NCBI GenBank assembly: GCA_951406725.2
Contig: OX597839.1
Span: 1-64,000, forward strand
Reading direction: 5' to 3'
From: Octopus vulgaris
Taxonomy: Eukaryota
DNA: 64,000 nt
In this document: positions 56,774-64,000 of the stretch, in pieces
Numbering within the stretch: the stretch's first letter is position 1
Layout: each line of letters begins with the position of its first letter
Notes under the pieces: model-generated
Database searches by the model: none
Seen by the model: only the letters and a program-made list of their open reading frames with translations
Told to the model about the DNA's origin: nothing
Program-made: the position numbers and the translations under genes

Positions 56774-57723
56774 CATTGTGTACAGTGCTCAGGTGCACTA
56801 CAACTCATCTAAAGTGTATGTATAGTACATAGGGTAATGTACAAGCATCAGGAAAAGAACAGTACATGAGTCATGACATACACATATGTGTATGAGTATG
56901 GAAGGGGGAAAATCAGGTGTAGTTTCGGCAGATTTCGGAAAGCATGAGGGCCTTAAAGGATGCAGTGTCATGGCAGTCAACAACTGATGCAGGCAGTTTG
57001 TGCCATCCTTCAGCAACTCTGAGCGTGAAAAAATGTTTCCGAAAGTCATAGGAGCTGTGCTGTTTTCTGACTTTGTAGGCATGTCCACGTGTAGGCATAA
57101 AGAAATCATTGCTTGTGTCCATGAGTTGAGCGGTGACGAGCAAGCAAACCAGCGGCTCACTGATTTTTGTTGTTGTCACTTAAAGAATGTGGAACCCATG
57201 CTCCATACTTCTGAACCTTTCCCATCGAGTGAAAATGCCTCTCTATAGCAGTGTGGGAGCATTCCCATTTGTCTGCCAGTTCCATTGTCGTTTGACGAGA
57301 ATTTTCGTGCAAAAGTTGGTTTAATCGCTCTTCATCGAACTCAACTGGACAGCCAGAACAACGTGCGTCTTTGGGTTCAAAATTTCCATTTTTGAACTTG
57401 GCATCCCAATCACGAGCGGTTCTTTCAGCTATGGTACCCTCTCCATCCACAGCACAAATGTCACGAGCAGCTTTTGCAGCCTTAGAACCTTGATTAAAAG
57501 CAAAAAAAAGGAGGTGTTGAAAATGTTCATTTGCATAACTTGACATTCCATTTTAATGATCTGAAAATAAACAAAAATTAATTCAAATTAACTAGAAAAA
57601 AAAGCAAAATAGATTCCAAAATGATTCAAAGCTAGAATTCTTGAAAAATATAGATTCCAAAATTTAAAAACGCAATAAATTCCAAAATTTAAAAAAAACG
57701 CATGAACTTAGTTGCCAACCCAA
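56089..57723 (-). mobile_element. mariner element disrupted by a CR1-like LINE
   Basis: TIRs TTAGGTTGGCAACTAAGTTC / GAACTTAGTTGCCAACCCAA with TA flanks; HTH region and WVPHSL (57157-57546); KTMLCIWWD (56490-56675). Confidence 0.9.
56707..57157 (-). mobile_element. CR1-like LINE 3' end (family of 46003-47330) nested in the mariner
   Basis: TRGHAYKVRKQHSSYDFRKHFFTLRVAE; (TTA)n tail. Confidence 0.85.
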
Positions 57724-57989
57724 TATATATATATATATATATATACATCATCATTATCATCTTCATCATTTAATGCCTTTTTCCATGCTGGCATGGGCCA
57801 GATGGTTTAACTGGGCTGACATGCTGGAAGGCTGCACCTGACTCCAGTTTGATTTGGCATGGTTTCTATGGCTGGATGCCCTACCTAACGCTAACCACTC
57901 AAAGAGTGTAATGGCTTAAATCTGTAAAATGTTACAGAAAAAAATCTTGTTGGTTCTTGCACTAAATACATCTAAATGAAACTTTTTCC

Positions 57990-58330
57990 ATGGACCCTTG
58001 AAATATTACTTGTGGATCCCTAATTTTTGCATATGTGGACCCCCAAAAATCTTATATGGTTACTTTTCTTACATGCAAATTTTATATGGGCTATTTTGCT
58101 TACATGGACCTCTAAAATCTTAGATGGACTATTTTGCCTATGCTCCCCCCTCCCAATTCTTATATGGACTGTATAGCCTGTGGACCCCCAAAGATCTTAT
58201 AAGGGGTATTTCACCTACGTGGATACCCCAAATATCTTATACGGACTATTTTGTCTGTGGACCCCAAAAAATCTTATATGGACTATATAGCCTGTGGAAC
58301 CCCAAAACATTATATGGACTATTATGCTAT
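57990..58330. repeat. ~40-bp degenerate minisatellite
   Basis: Recurrent GTGGACCCC(A)nATCTTATATGGACTA. Confidence 0.75.
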
Positions 58331-58344
58331 ATATATATTTTTTG

Positions 58345-58418
<74 letters not shown>

Positions 58419-58651
58419 AGGCGCAATGGCTCAGTGGTTAGCGTTGTGAGTGTTTATTGAGCGAAAACACCTAGAAGCTCCACGAGGCTCTGGCAGGGGG
58501 TGGTGATCCCTGCTGTACTCTTTCACCACTCTTTCTTCTGTTGGCCTGCTCGCTTAGTCAGCGGGGGTGGCGTCATTCGAAGGCTAAAACAATGCGAACG
58601 CATTGTGACCAGCGATGTGTAACAACATCTGATGGTATGGTCAGTCACATG

Positions 58652-58716
<65 letters not shown>

Positions 58717-59670
58717 CGAGAAAAAAGCAACAAGAATGGATTAGTTTTTCAGTACAATTGTTTCATGCGAAGAACAGCTTTATTAAAAGCTGCAAATATT
58801 GCAGCAAATACAAGTGTCCCGTACTCATCAGCCAAAACACATATGAGTTCTCCAAACATCCTAGGGGATATATATATCATGAAGTATCGAAGATAGTTCT
58901 ATAAAAAGCAAATTTAGATTGTAAGCAGACTTCCAAAGTTCTCTAATGATGCCCAGTCTTATAACAGGTTTTAAAAAAAAGCTTGTTAGCTTCACAGAAA
59001 AGGTAAATCCATCCATAATAATGTAGGTGTAATTTCCTGAGATATGAGGAGATATTTCATACTCACAGACGATGAATCTATCCATAATTAATCCATAATA
59101 AAGTGAGTATAATTTCCTGATATATGATAAGATACTGGTCACACTTCTGTTCATTTCTCAAAACTACTATGTTAGAATTATAATGGCTGAAGGAATTTAG
59201 TGGAGCATAGGAAAAACCGCCCACATAGGGCATTATGGGGTAACTGAGAGGAAAAGGGTTGTAAGTACCCACCTACACAGAATAGTGTATTTTTTTTTTG
59301 TAAACCTGTTATAAGACTGTGCATCATTAGAGAACTTTGGAAGTCTGCTTACAATCTAAATTTGCTTTTTATAGAACTATCTTCGATACTTCATGAGTGT
59401 AGCCTCACCCCCTAGGATGTTTGGAGAACTCATATGTGTTTTGGCTGATGAGTACGGGACACTTGTATTTGCTGCAATATTTGCAGCTTTTAATAAAGCT
59501 GTTCTTCGCATGAAACAATTGTACTGAAAAACTAATCCATTCTTGTTGCTTTTTTCTTCTTTATAATCACCCCACATTATTTTATGGTTAATACCATATA
59601 GATTTCTGGTGCATCTAAGTGAATTCAATAGAACTCACTTGAATCTTAATTGCATTTACTGACTATATTT
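58717..59670 (+). mobile_element. Non-coding tail-to-tail PLE derivative related to the 2127-6215 element
   Basis: Arms ~58719-58980 / ~59293-59557; (TA)n on both sides; clear similarity to 5750-6200. Confidence 0.85.
59439..59529 (+). ncRNA. Type I hammerhead motif (mirror at ~58746-58836, minus strand)
   Basis: ttttgg-CTGATGA-gtacgggac...gttcttcgcat-GAAAC-aattGTA-ctgaaa. Confidence 0.8.
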
Positions 59671-59676
59671 ATATAT

Positions 59677-59747
<71 letters not shown>

Positions 59748-59833
59748 CAAATATATATATAGCAAAATGTAAATATATATATATATATATAACGGGAAGC
59801 TTTATGAAAATAGACAAAAGACGAAGGCAGGTT

Positions 59834-59877
<44 letters not shown>

Positions 59878-60179
59878 CTATATGTATATGTACGGCGGAC
59901 TTCTGTCAGTTTTCGTCTATCCAAATCCACTCACAAGGGTTTGGTCAGCCAAGATTACAGCAGAAGATATTTGTCTCGAGGTGACAGTACCAACGCCGTG
60001 AGACTGAACTCGGAACCATGTCGTTGGGAAGCAAACTTCTTACGCAGCCATTTATCTATCTATCTCGCTCTTTCCTTCCCTCCCGGCATTTGTACTAAAG
60101 TAAACTCCTGCCTTAGAAAGAAAAAATAATAATTCAGAAACCCTAACGTTTTAAAATTATGAAAGATAACTCTGTCAAA

Positions 60180-61643
60180 TAACTTACACAATTACTTCCC
60201 TTTGACCAGTAAAATTCCTTTCCTTTAACGATAGACTAATGCTCCGTATTTGTCCACCGACCTCATTTCCATATTCTCTCTCTCTCTCTCTCTATCTATC
60301 TCTATCTCTCTCTCTCTCTCTGTTTTCAGACACTCTCTTCTTCCCAGACTGTCTCCTTCTCCGCCTTGTCTTTCATATTCCTTTCTATTTTCCTCGTTCT
60401 ACCTTTTTCGTTCTGTACCTTTCTCCTTCTCCCCAATTCCCTCTCGCTCTTACTGTATCTTTCTTCCCCTCTTTTCTCTGTGTTTCTCTTTTCTCTCCCT
60501 TCTCTTTCCTTCCGTCCTTTTCTCTCTCTCCCTCTCTCCCTCTCTCTTTTAAGACACTCTCTCCTTCCCAGACTTTCTCCTCCTCCTCCTTCGCTTTCAT
60601 ATTCCTTTCTCCTTTTCTCCAATCTTAAGCAGACGACATCATTCAAACAAGCTGTCGTCTGCTAATGGCTTACAACCATTACAAGTTCTTGTTAAGCCTT
60701 ATTTGTTGCAGTCATTAGACTGACTGTGGCCATACTGGGGCACTACGTTAAGGGGTTCAGTCAAACAGATCGACTCCAGTGCCTTCTCTTTTTGATACTT
60801 ATTTTATTGTTTTGTTTTTACCGATCCGTTACCATTAAATTTACGGGGATGTAAACAAGCTAACATCGGTTGTCAAGCAGTTTTAGGGGACAAATATGAA
60901 TACAAATACAGAAAAACACACATACACACCAACATACAACACACACACATAGACAGACACACATACACATATACATACGACACAAACACACATATACGTA
61001 CACACACGCACTTAAACACATACACGTACACACCCTCACACGCATACACACATATACACACATGCACACACACACACATAGAAACATACACGCATACACA
61101 CACACATACTCACATACACACATACACACATATACACACACACAGGCACACGCACACGCACGCACATACGCGCACACTCACATACTCACAGACATACACA
61201 CACATATACACACACGCACACCGACTCAGGCACACGCACAAACGAACACACACAAACACACACACTAACATGCACACATACACAAACATAGGCACATACG
61301 CACGCACACACACACACACACACACGAACAAACACACACGCACGCGCGCACGTGCGCATACGCACACACACACACACACTCGTTAAGTCAAATACCTTAC
61401 GCAATTACTTCCCTTTGACCAGTAAAATTCCTTCCCTTTGACAATAGACTAATGCTCCGTATTTGTCCACCGACCTCATTTCCATATTTCATCTCTCTCT
61501 CTCTCTCAATCTATCTAACTACCTATCTACCTCTCTCTCTCTTTTCAGACACTCTCCTCCTCCCAGACTTTTTCCTCCTCCTCCTTGTCTTTCATATTCC
61601 TTTCTATTTTCCTCGTTCTACCTTTGTCTTTCCGTATCTACCA

Positions 61644-61677
<34 letters not shown>

Positions 61678-63130
61678 CCACTCTCTCCTCTCTCTCTCTC
61701 TCTTTCTCTCCCACTCTCTCCTTCTTTCTCTCACTCCCTACCACTTTCTCCTTCTCTCTCTATCTTACTCTCCCCCTCCCTCTACCACTACCTCTCACTT
61801 TCTCTCTCTACCTCTTCCTCACTCTCTCTACCCCTCTCTCATCGGGCCTCGCTCCCTGTCAGTTACGATACACACACACACATACACACGCACACCTTGC
61901 ACAATTACTTCCCTTTGACCAGTAAACTTCCTTCCATTTGACAAAAGACTAACGGACCTCATTTCCATATTTTCACTCTCTCTCTATCTCTCTCTGTCTA
62001 TCTATCTATCTCTATCTCTATTTCTCTCCATTTCTCTCTCTCTCTTTTCAGACACTCTCTCTTTCCCAGGCCCTCTCAGCCTCCTTGTCTTTCATATTCC
62101 TTTCTATTTTCCTCGTTTTGCCTCTTTTTTCTTTCTGTATCTTTCTCCTTCTCTCCAATTCCCTCTCGCTCTCTTTTCCTCTTTTCTCTTCCAATCTTTC
62201 AAATTCGTTTCTATTTCTATTTTCCATTTTACGACCCTTTCGCTCTTAACGTATCTTTCTTCCCCTCCCCCTTTTCTCTGTGTTTCCTTCAATCGTTTTC
62301 TCTCTTTTTCTCTCTCTATCACTCTCTCCTTCTCTCCCTCTCTCTCTCTCTCTCATCCGGCCTGGCTCTCTGTCAGTTACGATAACGCGTGCCCCAGCAT
62401 GGCCGCAGTCTAATAATTAACACAAGTAAAAGATAAAATTTTTTTTAAAGAACCACCATTTACACCGAAATTATCCGGAAACAACCGAAGTGTTCCTTTC
62501 TCCTTATCTCCAATCTTAAGCAGACGATTTCTATTTTCCCTTTTACGACCCTTTTGCTCTTACCGTATCTTTCTTTTACCCTTTTTCTCTGTGTTTCTCT
62601 TTTCTCTCCCTTCTCTTTCCTTCCATCCTTCTCTCTTTCTCTCTCTCTCTTTCCCACTCTCCCCTTCTTTCTTTCTCTCTACCACTCTCTCTCTCTACCA
62701 CTTTTTCACTCTCTCTCTCCCTCTCTCTTTCTTCCTCTACCTTTTCCCCCCTCTCTCTCTACCTCTCACCCTCTCTCCCTCCCTTTCTCTCTCTCTCTCA
62801 TCGGGCCTCGCTCCCTGTCAGTTACTACACACACACACACACATTAACAGTTATTCAACTCAAAAGGATTTCGTCGGCCCGAGGCTATCGTAGAAGACAC
62901 TTGCCCAAGGTGCCACGCTGTAGGATTGAACCAGGAACCATGTGGTTGAGAAGAAAGCTTTTTACCACACAGGCACAGGTGTGACTGTGTGGTAAAAAGC
63001 TTTCTTCTCAACCACATGGTTCCTGGTTCAATCCTACAGCGTGGCACCTTGGGCAAGTGTCTTCTACGATAGCCTCGGGCCGACGAAATCCTTTTGAGTT
63101 GATTTGGTAGACGGAAACTGAAAGCAGCCC

Positions 63131-63168
<38 letters not shown>

Positions 63169-64000
63169 TGAGTGTACGCGCGCGCGTTCTGTTTTTCCTT
63201 CCCTCCACCCACCCACCCACTTGACATCCGGTGTTGGTGTATTTGCATCCCATGTAACTTAGCGGTTCGGCAACAGGCCTAGATAGAATAAGTACCAGGC
63301 TTAAAAAATAAACATTGGAGTCGATTCATTCAACTAAAATTTCTTTCCAGCCGGTGCCCCAGCATGGCCGCAGTCTAATGATTGACACAAGTAAAAGAGA
63401 AAAAAATAAAATAAAAACCACCATTTACACCGAAATTATCCGGAAACAACCGAAGTGTTCCGTTCTCCTTTTCTCCAATTTTAAGCAGACGACATCATTC
63501 AAACAAGCTGTCGTCTGCTAATGGCTTACAACCATTACAAGTTCTTGTTAAGCTTTATTTGTTGCAGTTATAGACTGACTGTGGCCATACTGGGGCACTA
63601 TCTGAAGGAGTTCAGTCGAACAGATCGACTCGAGTTCCTTCTTTTATTGATACTTATTTTATTTTTTTTATTTTTACCGATCCGTTACCGCTAAATTTAC
63701 GGGGATGTAAGCAAGCTAACATCGGTTGTCAAGCAGTTTTAGAGGACAAACACGAATACAAATACAGAAGAACACACATACACACCAACATACGACACAC
63801 ACACGCATTCGAACACATACACATACACACCCTCACACGCATACACAAATATACACATGCCTACACATACACACAAACACACACATACACATATATACAC
63901 ACACACAGGCATACGCACATGCACGCACATACGCGCACACTCACATACCCACAGACATACACACACATATACACACACGCACACACAGGCACACGCACAC
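60180..64000. repeat. Patchwork of local tandem/segmental duplications built from CT-rich blocks and SINE pieces
   Basis: CAATTACTTCCCTTTGACCAGTAAA at ~60190, ~61402 and ~61902; ~60610-61250 duplicated at ~63467-64000. Confidence 0.8.
62855..63400 (+). mobile_element. SINE family A with an inverted duplication of its head (118-bp hairpin arms)
   Basis: 62855-62972 is the reverse complement of 62985-63102. Confidence 0.85.

Noticed and set aside
57990-58330. CRISPR-like regularly spaced repeats
   Set aside because: Eukaryotic context, no unique spacers and no cas genes; degenerate minisatellite

Overview
Eukaryotic, very repeat-rich, AT-rich DNA. The tRNA-headed SINE families and the microsatellite load point to an octopus genome (inference). 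Almost all ORF-track entries are microsatellite translations. Real content: (1) The 5' end of a host gene on the minus strand, with a TATA/Inr promoter at ~33.2 kb and four phase-consistent exons (33043-33186, 25572-25665, 18316-18352, 9870-9990). It encodes a signal peptide plus a region resembling the N-terminal domain of large lipid transfer proteins (MTP/vitellogenin/apolipophorin) and continues left of the window. A possible last exon of an upstream gene lies at 45787-45991. (2) Three Penelope-like retroelements (YRDD-type RT and/or GIY-YIG endonuclease, Asn-rich linkers) and about ten short non-coding relatives. Nearly all sit in (TA)n tracts and carry minimal type I hammerhead ribozyme motifs, often in tail-to-tail inverted (foldback) form. 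This is the most interesting system in the window. (3) R4/Dong-like, CR1-like and RTE-like LINE fragments, Tc1/mariner relics and many SINE copies. (4) Extensive micro/minisatellites and local duplications. All calls were made by eye; boundaries of degenerate repeats are approximate.
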